Positions 10,394-23,724 of a DNA stretch of 41,654 nucleotides are shown piece by piece. Positions within the stretch are counted from its first letter, which is position 1; each line of letters opens with the position of its first letter. Position numbers and translations under genes: made by a program. Under the pieces are notes generated by a model. It did not search any database. It had not been told where the DNA came from and worked only from the letters and a program-made list of their open reading frames with translations. This DNA is from Squatina squatina (lineage: Eukaryota), in NCBI GenBank assembly GCA_031763465.1, contig JARFOE010000219.1:3761422-3803075 (forward strand). Direction: 5' to 3'.

Positions 10394-10950
10394 CATGGAA
10401 TCATTCGGCACAGAAGGAGACTATTCTGCCCATCGTGTCTATCTCGTCTCTTTGAAAGAAAGCTCTCATTTAATTGTACTGCCCTACTCTTTCCAATATA
10501 GCCCCTGCAAATTGTCCCTTTTTGAGTACATACCAAATTCCCTTTTGAAAGTAACGATTGAATCTGCTTCCGTTTCCACCGCCACCACCCTATTGGGCAA
10601 TTCATTCTAGATCATAACACATTGCATAAGAAAACTCTTATCTCCCTTTTTGCCAATTGTCTTAAATTTGTGCCCTCTGGTTACTGGCCCCTGCCCTCTT
10701 TCAACCCCGCTCTCCCACGAGTGGAAACAGTTTCTCCTTATTTATTCTTTTCATAACCCCTCATAATTTTGAATACTTCTACTAAATCTCTGCTGTAAGG
10801 ATAACAATCCCAGTTTCTCTAGTCTTTCCACATAACTGAAACCCCTCATCCCTGGTAGCATCCTAGTTAATTTCCTCTGTACCTTCTCAAAGGCCTTGAC
10901 ATCCTTTCTAAAGTGTGGTACCCAGAATTGGACACAACAGTTCAGCTGAT
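10394..10950 (-). mobile_element. 5'-truncated CR1-clade LINE
   Basis: ORF 10751..10954 reads CVQFWVPHFRKDVKAFEKVQRKLTRMLPGMRGFSYVERLEKLGLLSL, the classic CR1 ORF2 C-terminus, followed by CR1-like 3' sequence. Confidence 0.9.
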
Positions 10951-11724
10951 ACATGAGAAGAACTAGAATTCCTCCAGTCTTGGGATGTAAGGAGAATATT
11001 TTCGTACAAATCCTTTTGCATACAGCCGTGAGCCAAGAGAGTATACATTGAATTAAAAGGCTAACATTTGCTGCTTCTGCTTACTTAGACATTTTCTTAA
11101 CTGAAAACAGCTATCACAACAATTCATCTACTCACCATGGCAGAGCCAGTATAAATTAATAGGGTTCAAATCTTTGTTGGCTCTTAACAATAATCCATTA
11201 TACATTTGAGCATGAACCTGCAATTAAAAATTAGTCATTATTTATGCTTTTTGCAAATAACAAACACCTTAGAATGTGCTTAGCAGCTATTCATATTCTA
11301 TAGCAGACAGCTTTTTTGTAGATGAATATGGATTACCGAACAAAGTCTCCATAGCTACTTTCTTGATGGATGACCTATTTTATCAACTGGAAAAGAATCG
11401 CAAATGCAGATTATACTGACTACTTTGTAATGGTGTTTGGATCCATTTAGTAAGTTGCTGTTGGCTCTTAATGGTTTTTTGATTAAATGATTTATCTTTG
11501 TCACTTGGTGTATAGTTGCTGCTGATGCATTGGGTCGAGTCTGTGGGACCTGACCACATCTTCAGTATCACTTCAAATCAATTGTCCACATAGAATTTTC
11601 ACAGGTGATAAGAAAGGCTTAGTGGTAGACCCTGTTTGGAAATCACTGAAACAAAGTTTGGTCTTTCTGACACTGAATTGCAATCACATTTTCTGGTCAC
11701 CAACTAGTTCTGTAAAAAAACTAA

Positions 11725-11898
11725 CTGGCCAGAATTTTGTGGGTCCGTGCAGGTGGCTGCCACAGTGGCAGGTCCATTGCTGGCTTCGTCCCGCTCCGCA
11801 GAACAACTTTACATTAATGGGTCCTATTAAGCCCACCCTGCACGTTACCTAACCCAATTAAAAGGTGTGGGTCTGGTGATGTCAGCAAGGACACGCTT
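11725..11898. mobile_element. Probable MITE/DNA-transposon end
   Basis: Abrupt GC-rich block starting ggccagaatttt, similar to other element ends in the window. Truncated by a gap. Confidence 0.4.
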
Positions 11899-12588
11899 NN
11901 NNNNNNNNNNNNNNNNNNNNNNNNNNNNNNNNNNNNNNNNNNNNNNNNNNNNNNNNNNNNNNNNNNNNNNNNNNNNNNNNNNNNNNNNNNNNNNNNNNCC
12001 TAGGCTATCTAGTAAGAAAAACTCTCCTCTGATTCAGATTTAAAGTTTTTAGTTATGTTCATAACCATGATAGCTAAACTGGCCACCAGGTGATTTTATT
12101 GGCCAATGGGTGATGCTTCATACTTTTGAATAAAGTGTAAAGAAATTGAGTAAATAATCAATAAAAGCTTCCATGTGCTTTTTGTTCATAACTTGTGATA
12201 TATGGGCTGTTGAAAAAATATAATTGTGTGTGGGAACATTATAGTTTGCCTTTCTTCCTGCCCTCTGCCTTCATTAGAGTATATCAAAATTTTGTGCATA
12301 TTTTGTTCAAACTTGCTTACACCTTCCTTAAATTTTGGTTTCTCAGAAAAAATGAGACACCAGAAACTTTTTGTTTATCAAAAGCCATTCCGTTTAAGAG
12401 ATTTTTGTTGTATTTTAGATTTTGAATGTACAGTAAAACTATAAAGATTTGGCTTATTTCGTATCTATTGCATGATTAAGAGAAACTTTGCACATTGTCA
12501 TTTGCATTTATTTCCCTGATGTAAGGCACCTTTGTATAATGACAGCAGTCACTTTTACTTATTTATGTTACTTCATTCTATCTTTTAG

Positions 12589-12720
12589 ATCATAACATTG
12601 ATCTTGTGGCAATGGACGTGACCGTTAATGCAGTGGCAGGAGCTCTTAAGGCTTTCTTTTCTGATCTGCCTGAACCTCTTATTCCTTACAATCTACATTC
12701 AGAGCTGTTGGAAGCAGCTA
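12589..12720 (+). CDS. ARHGAP5: ARHGAP5 RhoGAP-domain exon (132 nt)
   Basis: ttttag|AT...GCTA|gtaagt. Translates (D)[43 protein letters not shown]. Confidence 0.95.
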
Positions 12721-13023
12721 GTAAGTAACATCTGAGTTTTGATTATTCTTTTCTGTATATGCTGCTGGCTTATTGAGGAAGTTATCAGCTGTTGGTGACT
12801 AGGAAATTCCACATTGAGCACTCACATTTGTTATGCATAATATTTTTAACATTGATATTGAAGATAAATTTTATATTGAATAAAGTGCACTGAAAGCTTA
12901 CTTTGTACCATTGAATGATCATTNNNNNNNNNNNNNNNNNNNNNNNNNNNNNNNNNNNNNNNNNNNNNNNNNNNNNNNNNNNNNNNNNNNNNNNNNNNNN
13001 NNNNNNNNNNNNNNNNNNNNNNN

Positions 13024-13175
13024 AAATTGTAGAAACGTTCATCCCTCCTGGGCTGCCTTGTACAGGTCAGTTGGTAGAACCACTGTTACCACTGCCATCA
13101 TTGCCGCCGCCACCACCACCACCATCATCTCAACAGTTCCAAACACAGATGCAGACAGATCAACTCGATATATGA
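13024..13175 (+). CDS. ARHGAP5: ARHGAP5 last coding exon, 3' part including stop
   Basis: IVETFIPPGLPCTGQLVEPLLPLPSLPPPPPPPSSQQFQTQMQTDQLDI* resembles the Pro-rich p190B C-terminus (IVET..GQLVEP..QTD). The 5' part lies in a gap. Confidence 0.9.
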
Positions 13176-14876
13176 GCAAAATAGGAACAGACCTCATAAC
13201 TAGAAGAACTAAACTGGGTATCTGACAGTACACTTGCTAAAAGTTTGGAAGACCTGAAAAGGNNNNNNNNNNATCAATCTAGCAGTCCTTTCCTCACTTT
13301 CCAAAGGAGACAATTGTAAGTGTGGGTATTAATGGAAGTTCTAAAATTACTATATACAAAACAAACTGGCTGTAATAAATACATTCCACTTGCTGCATGA
13401 AAGAAAAGCAATCTTGACAATTTCTGTGGATTCTTTTGTTGTTGTTTTCTTCAGACTTTTTGACAGTTGTGAATAACAGTTTATGTATACACTAAATTGT
13501 ACAAAATGAAGTCAAATATATTTNNNNNNNNNNNNNNNNNNNNNNNNNNNNNNNNNNNNNNNNNNNNNNNNNNNNNNNNNNNNNNNNNNNNNNNNNNNNN
13601 NNNNNNNNNNNNNNNNNNNNNNNNNNNNNNNNNNNNNNNNNNNNNNNNNNNNNNNNNNNNNNNNNNNNNNNNNNNNNNNNNNNNNNNNNNNNNNNNNNNN
13701 NNNNNNNNNNNNNNNNNNNNNNNNNNNNNNNNNNNNNNNNNNNNNNNNNNNNNNNNNNNNNNNNNNNNNNNNNNNNNNNNNNNNNNNNNNNNNNNNNNNN
13801 NNNNNNNNNNNNNNNNNNNNNNNNNNNNNNNNNNNNNNNNNNNNNNNNNNNNNNNNNNNNNNNNNNNNNNNNNNNNNNNNNNNNNNNNNNNNNNNNNNNN
13901 NNNNNNNNNNNNNNNNNNNNNNNNNNNNNNNNNNNNNNNNNNNNNNNNNNNNNNNNNNNNNNNNNNNNNNNNNNNNNNNNNNNNNNNNNNNNNNNNNNNN
14001 NNNNNNNNNNNNNNNNNNNNNNNNNNNNNNNNNNNNNNNNNNNNNNNNNNNNNNNNAAAAGTCATTTTTCATATGAGATTGTAAATCTTTCCATAATCTT
14101 CAAATATATGGCTTTCACATGTGTTTGCAATAAAGATGGTGTATTAAATAGCTATAAGTTCTACTTGTTTCTGTTAACTCATTTTAATGTGACTCTAACA
14201 AGTAACCTGTTATGACTTAAATATTGCTAACATAGCAATAAATATTTTGGGTATTGGCAATTACACACAACAGTTTATGTCTAATTTTGTAAAGCTTGTA
14301 TTCATGTTGCTTTCTGTGGTATCTTGTACTAAAATTTATTTAGATTATTTTAGCTTTCATTGTGCAAATTACATGTATGTAGCATCATCTTGTTATAAAA
14401 ACCACATTTTCTTTTCAAATCGGTACCCATTTTGCTGTAAAATGATTCCGCTTTAAGTAGATGTTTTGTTAATTTGAGCAAGTGTAAGTTTTCCTGAAAG
14501 TTAATGTAAAATAAATTGGTGAGCTGGATGGCATGTACTCAGTACTTGGTGGGGAAGCTGGCTGCATGAATAGCATTCTACTTCAGTTCATAAACTGTCA
14601 GTTAAAATTTGCAGCTATTTGACGATTTTGTCAGAATACTACTTTTCCTTTCAGATAATTGTTAATCATTTGGTACACATTCTGCTGCTAGTATATGTTT
14701 TGAATAGGTTTGGGTGCTAGTTAACTATGAAAACAACTTATTTGCTCAGTGTTATTTGCCTCACTGGGACTGGTATGAAAACTCTTAAGATTTTGACATT
14801 ATCTACAATGTATTATAGTAAATAAATCATTTGAGACGCAAATCTTAAGAGTTTGTACTCCATTTTCCTTAATAAA
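13176..14876 (+). other. ARHGAP5: Probable ARHGAP5 3' UTR
   Basis: AT-rich sequence after the stop with no recognisable repeats and several AATAAA hexamers, including 14821 and 14871. The true end is not determinable. Confidence 0.5.
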
Positions 14877-15309
14877 ACTGCTTTTTTCTATGAACTGCAG
14901 CACTGCTGAATAAGACATTTTTTGCACTCCTTGCAACATTCTTTTTAAAACACTGAAATAATATTAAAGAGTTTTGCATAGTGCAGGTGGCCATTTCAAT
15001 TGTCTTCTCAAAGGAAATGGAATTTTCTTTTTTGTAGAGTGGTAGGTCGTCTAATATCTTTATCATGAAACTCTTGTTTGGTGCTGTCTCAAGTTGCTAA
15101 TTTAGAAGAGCTTGAATTCTGTTTTGAGCCTGCTGTGCTAACTGCTGACCATTATTGTAACCAACTCCTGCTTGCAGTGTTTAGTGCAAGAGGTAACGAC
15201 AGTTGACTAGTATAAAAAGCTGAAGTTTGGTTTCATTTCTAAATGCTTATTTTCACAATCTAAAAGATGCGGCATCAAATAGTACCAGGAACGATTCTTT
15301 TTTATTCTG

Positions 15310-15618
15310 ACTAGACTTGACTGTTCCCACGCACTCCTGGTCGGCCTCCCACGTTCTCACCTCGTAAACTTGAGGTCACACAAAACTCTGCTGTCTGTGT
15401 CCTAACTCTCACCAAGTCCCATTCACCATCACCCCTGTACTCACTGACCTACATTGGCTCCCGGTTAAGCAATGCATCGATTTTAAAATTCGCATCCTTG
15501 TTTTCAAATCCCTCCATGGGACTTGCCCCCCTCGATCTCTGTAACCTCATCCAGTCCTACAACCCTCAGATATCTGCGCTCCTCCAATTCTGACCTCTCG
15601 CACATCCCCAGTTTGAAT
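15310..15618 (+). mobile_element. L2-clade LINE ORF2 3' fragment
   Basis: Frameshifted RLD...LLVGLP...QNSA...ITPVLTDLHWLPVKQCIDFKIRILVFKSLHGLAP. The LHWLP...FK motif is typical of L2. Confidence 0.85.
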
Positions 15619-15718
15619 NNNNNNNNNNNNNNNNNNNNNNNNNNNNNNNNNNNNNNNNNNNNNNNNNNNNNNNNNNNNNNNNNNNNNNNNNNNNNNNNNN
15701 NNNNNNNNNNNNNNNNNN

Positions 15719-16190
15719 GTCATGTGTCCTTCTCTTAGCCATTGAAGCATGCATAACTTTATTTTGTTTCAGAATGGCTTTGAAGACATCTCCATTTATC
15801 CTCAGTATTTATTTGTCTATCTGGTAGGGTTTCCCAATCCGCTTTTCAAAGTCTTTAGCCATTTTTGCAAACTTAGCCCTCATAATCAGGATCCAGCTGC
15901 TTGGCCAATAAGATGAAATCTAATGATAGTATGATCAGAGCTGGCCAGATGTCACCCCTCCAGTCCTCCTCATGGACGTCTGATGCTACACTAGGGTCAC
16001 TGCTTTAAAGCAGATCTGGAACTGTCGACCTCTCGGTGCTTCACCAACATGTTGTGTAAGAAAGCAATCAGTAACGCTACCCACAAAAGTTTCAGCTGCT
16101 CTTCTGACTGCACGAGATGATTCGCCATCAGACCATTTAATGTTGGGACAAGTGAAATCCCCATAATACAAATTGGACCCAGATTACATG
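15719..16190 (-). mobile_element. CR1-clade LINE endonuclease fragment
   Basis: ORF 15986..16171 reads GDFTCPNIKW...FVGSVTDCFLTQHVGEAPRG, resembling the APE GDFNxPxIxW...FLxQxVxxPTR motif. Confidence 0.75.
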
Positions 16191-16324
16191 CTTTCGCAAT
16201 TAGACGAAGCCTCAGTTTAATTTCTCTCGTGGAGGATGGCACTTCGACAATGTACTGCGTTGATCCTTGCACCTCCACTAAGTTCTTGGTGGTGGTTAGC
16301 AGGTCATTATTGGACCCCCTCCAG

Positions 16325-16620
16325 TTTAAGAATGAGTTTCTGCTGAGGGAGTTTGAGGAGCTAGGGTGTAAATTAATAAGCAGAATCTCAAGGGTAATAA
16401 TCTCTGGATTACTAGCTGAGCAATGTGCAAATTGGCATAAGGTCAAGTAGATCGGAGATTTAGAGAGTGGGAAGAAGGGGTTTCAAATCATGGGGCACTG
16501 GCACCAGCACTGGGGAAAAAGGGAACTGTTTCGTTGGGACGGGCTCCACTTAAACTGGGCTGGAATCAGCGTCCTGGCAAATCGAATAACTAGGATTGTA
16601 GATAGGACTTTAAACTAACA
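16325..16620 (+). mobile_element. CR1-clade LINE ORF1 (SGNH esterase) fragment
   Basis: EFLLREFEELGCKLISRISRVIISGLL followed by GFQIMGHWHQHWGKRELFRWDGLHLNWAGISVLANRI, containing the SGNH DGLH motif. Confidence 0.8.
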
Positions 16621-16869
16621 AAAATGGGGCAGAAATAATTGAGTTAAATAATAAACTAGAAATGACACCAATATTACAAAATATGCAAATGGTAAACTTG
16701 CAGAAACAGTGATACCCTTCATCTGGCAAAACATGGGTATAATTGATGCTGGGATTCACAAATAGAACTCTGGAATATCTTTTTATCTTGGTAATGCTGC
16801 TCAGTGTTTCAACAGCCCCACCCAGGATGTGTCATGTTCCATTCCTGGTGAACTGGCTTTGTAAAAGCT

Positions 16870-17500
16870 GCAGTGGGAGGTTTTAACCATCTGGCCGCTG
16901 TTTGAGGGCTGGCCCTCACCACCATGCTCTCGGCAGGCTCTGGGTGCTAAATGGCACCTTGCTGCAGTTCGCCAGCTTTGGGCCAGTGCAATATCGGTTG
17001 GCCTGGAAGCTGTCCTGGCTGGCAGGAAGATAGGTCGAGGGTCAGGGGGTGGGGGTGAGGGGGCAAGAGCCCGGGATTGCAGCGACTGACATTATTCTTG
17101 TGGAACCCAGAGAAGCACCCCTGCTCCTCCCGACCCACAACAATAATGTTAAACTTACCTCTTCTGCTGTACTGCTTGGTAAAACTGGGCGGAGGAAGCA
17201 GGGCGTGTGGTCCGTCCAGTTGTCCATCTAAATTGTTATTGCAGCCGTACATGTGTCACAGGGCTCCGATTTGCATATTAAAAGGGCTGACTGCCTGAAA
17301 CAGGGAGGCACTCCAGCTGCCCAGTGCAAGGCACTTTCAGTATGGCAGCGGTCAGGTCAGAGCGCTGTGTAAATGCGGCGGCAATGCCACTTTCGGGCCA
17401 CCACTCCCAGTTCTGCACCTGCTTGATTTTCTTCTCCATTATGTCTAACGACCAGGTCAAAACACTCCCACTGGTTTCCGTGCAGTGGCGAAAATTAGAA
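16870..17500. mobile_element. GC-rich probable non-autonomous DNA transposon
   Basis: GC-rich island with no credible ORF, ending in aaaatt/gaatttt motifs like other MITE ends here. Boundaries approximate. Confidence 0.35.
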
Positions 17501-17823
17501 TTTTGGAGGTCAACTTTATTTAATTTTTTGCTAATTAACGAAACGCCTCTTTTGCCATGTTAGAATCCTTTTCCCTTTTGTATGTGCTTTGAAAGAAGCA
17601 CACGACACCTTGATATTTCAATGTTGTCCTGTTTCTGTAAATGCTCCACGTCACAAATGAAATGTTCTGACTTGCAGAAAGATTTGTGCTGTGAAGCTAA
17701 TCCCACTCTCTTCTGCCTTATTATCGGAAACTGTCGTTTCCAGCCAAAGTCTGACAGCACATTGAGGGACCACCTTGTTCTAAGTGCCAATGGGCCTGCA
17801 GTAGAAATTCACATCACATCTCA

Positions 17824-17880
17824 GTTTCTATAGCAACAGTAGCCTTTCCCATAATGAGCTGTATCATCTGACTGATGTCA
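17824..17880 (+). promoter_or_regulatory. Candidate AKAP6 proximal promoter: RFX X-box plus CRE/ATF-like site
   Basis: GTTTCTATAGCAAC (17824-17837) fits the RFX X-box. TGATGTCA (17873-17880) is one mismatch from the CRE. Both lie just upstream of a strong splice donor. Confidence 0.55.
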
Positions 17881-17884
17881 TAGC

Positions 17885-17969
17885 AGCATGCAGCAGGTCA
17901 AACGAGGCACCTCCTAGCGCATCCCACAGATGTGAACAAACCTAAGGGAAGATGGCATAAAGGGAAATG
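17885..17969 (+). other. AKAP6: Putative non-coding exon 1 of AKAP6 (start approximate)
   Basis: Ends in the strong donor ATG|gtaagt. The segment catgcagcaggtcaaacgaggcacctcctagcgcatcccacagatgtg resembles the mammalian AKAP6 5' UTR as I recall it (unverified). Confidence 0.6.
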
Positions 17970-20900
17970 GTAAGTTCTTTACCATTAGATTTTGTTTGTT
18001 TTAAATAACAATTGGTGATTGTCTCAGACTTCCAGAATTAAACTCTGATGTGCTGTGGTGGAAACGCCTACACAGATTTTTTTTCTTTGTGTTTGGCATT
18101 ATTCAAATCTTGTGAAGGAGGCTGCCGCATCAATACACTGTACTCTGCAGATAGGAATAAGAAAAAGGCCTAGGTTTCTGATGCACAGACTCANNNNNNN
18201 NNNNNNNNNNNNNNNNNNNNNNNNNNNNNNNNNNNNNNNNNNNNNNNNNNNNNNNNNNNNNNNNNNNNNNNNNNNNNNNNNNNNNNNNNNNNNNNNNNNN
18301 NNNNNNNNNNNNNNNNNNNNNNNNNNNNNNNNNNNNNNNNNNNNNNNNNNNNNNNNNNNNNNNNNNNNNNNNNNNNNNNNNNNNNNNNNNNNNNNNNNNN
18401 NNNNNNNNNNNNNNNNNNNNNNNNNNNNNNNNNNNNNNNNNNNNNNNNNNNNNNNNNNNNNNNNNNNNNNNNNNNNNNNNNNNNNNNNNNNNNNNNNNNN
18501 NNNNNNNNNNNNNNNNNNNNNNNNNNNNNNNNNNNNNNNNNNNNNNNNNNNNNNNNNNNNNNNNNNNNNNNNNNNNNNNNNNNNNNNNNNNNNNNNNNNN
18601 NNNNNNNNNNNNNNNNNNNNNNNNNNNNNNNNNNNNNNNNNNNNNNNNNNNNNNNNNNNNNNNNNNNNNNNNNNNNNNNNNNNNNNNNNNNNNNNNNNNN
18701 NNNNNNNNNNNNNNNNNTGAGGCAGGAGCGGAAGCTTGAGTGCTTTAATCATTTTCTCCTTCACCTGTACCTTCTGTGTTATGATAACATTTTTAGCCAG
18801 TCTGATTATACATCTGTTATCCACCACAACTCAGACCTCAGACCATCATACAGTATGATAAAATCAGAGACATGGGAAAGATGGTTTTTGACTTTGAAAG
18901 CTTGCTATAGTGTGTTGTGTATCTTGATAGACGGTCCTTACTTGCAATTCTGATTGGTTGTAAATAATGTAGGAGTACTAATTTAAGAGGAGCTGGCCAC
19001 ACCCTCAGACCGTGGTTGTGGCGTGGTGGCTGTTGGGAAGGGCGGGATGTCTGAGAAGGCAGCTGAGGCTCTGTGCTGCAAATGCTGCCTGCAAGTTAAC
19101 CACTAGGGACCTGCTTCTGTGCTTGGATTTGGACTGCCTCATTTGTCAAGCTGTTTGCTTAGCCAGCTATGGTTGGGTTGGGCCGCACCGAGTAGAGATT
19201 ATGAGAAGCCTGCAGACAGTCTCATTAAAATGGATAACTTGTTTAAAGGGAATTATAAATCGATCAGAATAAAATTACTCTCCAGTTTTCAATATAAATT
19301 GATNNNNNNNNNNNNNNNNNNNNNNNNNNNNNNNNNNNNNNNNNNNNNNNNNNNNNNNNNNNNNNNNNNNNNNNNNNNNNNNNNNNNNNNNNNNNNNNNN
19401 NNNGTGGGAAATGATACTCTGAAAGAAAGTTGATCAAAGATAATTGTGTGTCATATTGGATGGACTGGAATGAGCTTGAGGTGAACTGGGGGTGAGCATA
19501 GTCACAAGTCGGTTTGGGACTCTACTTGTGCAACCATAAGCCACCAAATGACTCGTATATATTAGTGCAAACAATTATAGGTCTCCATTATAACTTTGGA
19601 TAAGATATACAATTATCCAATTACTATTATTCATGAGGAATGGCCAACCTCATGTTGGGGAGTCGATTGCAGAAGTCATTCTAATAAAGGATTTGGGATT
19701 GATGACAGTAGTGGTGTCAAACTGATAGGAAAACAATCTTCACATTCTCAAATAAGGACATTCAGTTTATTATATATTATTTTCAGAGGCAGAGAGATTA
19801 AGCACCCTGCATATACTGTGAAAGTAAGAAAATAATGACACTCATTATTCTGACTTTGGTGTTGAACAGATATTTCTAGTTCTAATGTTCTACAGCTGAT
19901 CTTTGACATTCTTTTGTACCATCAAACTTTTTATTCTCTTGTGATGTCACTTTAAGGTTGCTGCCGACTGCCACTGTAGCTGTGACTCTCCATTGCCATC
20001 TCAAAGTTCAGCTAACATTCTGCTGGTAGTTAGGTCAACGCTCAAAATAACTCTGCTGATTACAGTCACCAGGCTGCTAATGGAATTTCAGTCAGGGGGG
20101 CGAAATGCTCACCCCTATGGAGTAAAACTCAGCTCAGTTTACCCAGAACGCATTTGTACAAATCCGGACTAGTTCTGTCAGAGCACCACAGGTACTGGCA
20201 GTGATACATGAACAGTACTGTAAGTCTATTTTTTTTCAATCACACAATTTTCTAGTGCACTACAATCGTCATTTAATTACTGCACCATTCAGAAAGGATT
20301 GGGTTACATTGCATGCGGCTTTTCTCCCAACATGCTGCGAGCTAGCTGTTGATTGAATCTGTTAGTGCTGTTTAAATAAGTATTTTCTTCTGCACTCTTG
20401 TCAATGGAAGAAAAAGCAGAGCTGTTCAAAGTTCAGTACANNNNNNNNNNNNNNNNNNNNNNNNNNNNNNNNNNNNNNNNNNNNNNNNNNNNNNNNNNNN
20501 NNNNNNNNNNNNNNNNNNNNNNNNNNNNNNNNNNNNNNNNAATACTTAGATATTTTTGCACCAATTCATTCTTGACCTGAATTTAAACCAGTTTCCAGAT
20601 GTGTGTGATGGTATCTGTGACCAAGGAATGCAAGTGTGAATACTTGACTGCCACGTATTTAACCTGCCTAATGGAAAACTCTTTGCTACCAAGGTCAAAG
20701 AACTAAAGGAGCTGCTGATCAGATAATTATAGAGCAAACAATCCATCAGTGGCTATTTTCCTCGAGATTGTACCTTATTTTTGTAATAAGGTATTCTTTC
20801 CTTGCATCATATGGCGTCTCCACCACAGCAAGGTTTGAGAAAGCATTCAGCGCAGTTTGATGTGTGCTTTGTCAAACCGTGGTGATCTACTTCAGTTATT

Positions 20901-22729
20901 TTGGGTATGTCTGGTTAGCTGCGTCCTATCTGCACATAATCCATTTGATACTCTGCAACAGCTGTGTGTTCGTGAATTCAACTGCCATAATTACCCCAGT
21001 GAAGCAAGCAGTTGTGCGGAGCAGGAGGTGATGGTGTGGCTCGTAGATATGGAGCCTTGGATCATGTTTGATAAACATTTTTTCTAATTCAATGAAAGAC
21101 AGACACTGACAAAATTCATCCAAGAGCTGCAAATTCAGGAGCAAAATGTGGCAGAATTTGACTGTGCAGGAAAGGTACTGAGAACCATTTTAATTGGGAA
21201 ATATGATCAGACCAATCACAATTGTTATTTATTTTTCAAATGCAAAAATATTTAAATGCAGAGTAATGTTTCTGCTGGAAAAAATGTGGTTGATGTACAA
21301 TCTTTAAAGAGCTGTGTTTTTCTTGCCAATCAGATGAAACTCATTAGTTAATTAGTGGCAAACAATGTTGAAGAGTGGAAGTTGTTACCAGAGTGTTACT
21401 AGTTGCTGTGAACTCTTACCATTGCAATTTTCAGGGCTGCATTTGCCACTCTAGTGCTGAAGGAATTTAGATGATGAACAGTGAGGTGAGACAAACTAAC
21501 TGAATTCCCTATTGCATGAGATTTACTTCTGGAAAGAATGAATGATAGCTCAGTCAGCAGAATGCTTTAGGACATGTTTGTGGCAAAAAATAAAATTTAT
21601 ATATAGATGTGTGTGCGTGTGTTTGTATATTTTGAGTGAAATATTTCAATCATGCATTGTCTCTAAAGCAAAGTATGTTCAGATCATCTTGTACTATGTT
21701 TTGTGAGCTCTTTGTTCATACATGTTTGTAACAAACATTAATTTAATATATTTAACCATTTTTGGATACTAAATTTATTAGGTTGAGATCTGAGCCCAAG
21801 CTTTCTCCAATTTGGATTTCTGGCATGGTGTGAACTGCATTGTTAAGCCTGAGCCATAACATTCACATTTTAGTAATTTTCTAAATGTAAGATGAATGAT
21901 CTTGATATTTATCTTGTACTTTATGATTGTGTTTCTCTTTAGCTTTTGTTTCTTTGCTGCTTGCTTCTGTAGTGATATGCACAAGAGAGCCAAGTCTGAG
22001 GGCGGGGATCTTTTCATTGCTATCGGAGCGACAANNNNNNNNNNNNNNNNNNNNNNNNNNNNNNNNNNNNNNNNNNNNNNNNNNNNNNNNNNNNNNNNNN
22101 NNNNNNNNNNNNNNNNNNNNNNNNNNNNNNNNNNCTACACCTCTACTCTTATGTAGGTTCATGGAAGGCCGAGTCAGAAAATGGAAGATATTGTTCCACG
22201 CACGCACTGAAGAATGGCTCCCCATTTTTTGAATCAACCAACTTTGGTCCTCCTGAATTACAAAGGCAAAGGATAATATAAACGTTCCTTAAATTGGATT
22301 TTAAAATCTCTGAGCTGCAGGCATGGGAACAGACATTGAACTGCCCCAGTGTGCCATGTGGCATGTCAAAGCATTAACTCAAAATATTTAGAAGGCTAAA
22401 AATGGAGGTTAAAATTCCAACAGATTAGGAGGCACTTGAAAAAGTGGATCTCTGCTGCCATTGCTTGTGTGGAGGGCAGGAATTGTGTACAATTGCAACA
22501 CCCACTAACTGTGTGAGATCCAAACATCAGGAGGTAATGGCACTGCAAAAATATTAAAAGCACTTGCACTGAGTCTAGCCGCAAGCTCCCCGAAAGGTCA
22601 ATGACAGTCTTTACCGCACAGTAATCACACAACTGTACCTTGGAGAGAAAGGCCCATGAGAATAAGATTAGCATCCCGCTAATGGTGATGTGAGCGATGC
22701 TGTAAGTTATCTTCTTTCTCTTCCTGCAG

Positions 22730-22981
22730 GATATTTGTGAAGATATTTCAGATCATGTGGAGCTGATCCATGCCCTGTTGGAGACAGAAATTTCACTGAA
22801 GCTTCTCTCCTACTCAGTCAATATCCTAGTGGACATCCATACAGTTCAACTTCTGTGGCACCAGCTACGCGTATCAGTTCTTGTACTTCGTGAGAGAATC
22901 TTGCAGGGTCTACAGGACTCAAACGGGAACTACACAAGGCAGACTGACATTCTTCAGGCTTTCAGTGAGGACAGAAAAGAG
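22730..22981 (+). CDS. AKAP6: AKAP6 coding exon (252 nt)
   Basis: cctgcag|GAT...GAG|gtatga. Translates DICEDISDHVELIHALLETEISLKLLSYSVNILVDIHTVQLLWHQLRVSVLVLRERILQGLQDSNGNYTRQTDILQAFSEDRKE. Confidence 0.96.
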
Positions 22982-23439
22982 GTATGAAATCGCGAGCTCT
23001 TGTGCATTCCACACCATTTTTAACCTGAGTAGAAGGTCTTTACTTCCTCTGTAAGAGGAAGAGATTTAAGTTAGTTAATCCTCCTTGCAGTCGGTTTAAC
23101 AGACAGAGTTTTGCTGTCAAGCGTATCAGCTCTTATTTAGAATTAATGAGATTTGGGTATAATGAACCAGAAATGCTCATTATGTTTGACATTAAATGTT
23201 TGACATTAGGCAAATAAAAAAAGGTTTGACAAAGGCGGTGACTTAATCCACAATAAAACAAGTCATTGCATCATGAAACTGTCATTGTACTGCTTATTTG
23301 TCATTGTGTTGTGTTGGAAATTACATTTATTTGTTTAGATGTCCTCCTCCACAAGCAGGAAGACAGTCCATCTTTAAATAGTGCTTGAATACTTTCCCCT
23401 GCACAAACCTACATTTCAATTTAAAAACAAGAAACGCTG

Positions 23440-23541
23440 GGGTAATTTTCATTTTCATTTATTTAAATGGGCTGAAAATTGGGTGGTTTCTGCACCAGGT
23501 GGATGATCTGCTCCACCAGGTGGTGAAGGTGAAAATTACCC
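23440..23541. mobile_element. ~100-bp MITE
   Basis: Perfect 12-bp terminal inverted repeats gggtaattttca (23440-23451) and tgaaaattaccc (23530-23541). Confidence 0.65.
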
Positions 23542-23724
23542 ATGGCGTCTCCTGAATACATTTTTTCTCCACTAATCAGACCAGAACTAATAAAGTTCTG
23601 TACTATCTTGAATAACCCAAAACAATTTATCAATCAGCCGAGCCACATTGGTCCAGCAATTTAGCTAAATCTAACCTTTTCCTCACCTCCATTCTCAATT
23701 CTTACACTGCAGGGGAAATTATGT

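Noticed and set aside
13104-13124. CCG/CCA trinucleotide run
   Set aside because: It simply encodes seven prolines in the known Pro-rich ARHGAP5 tail.
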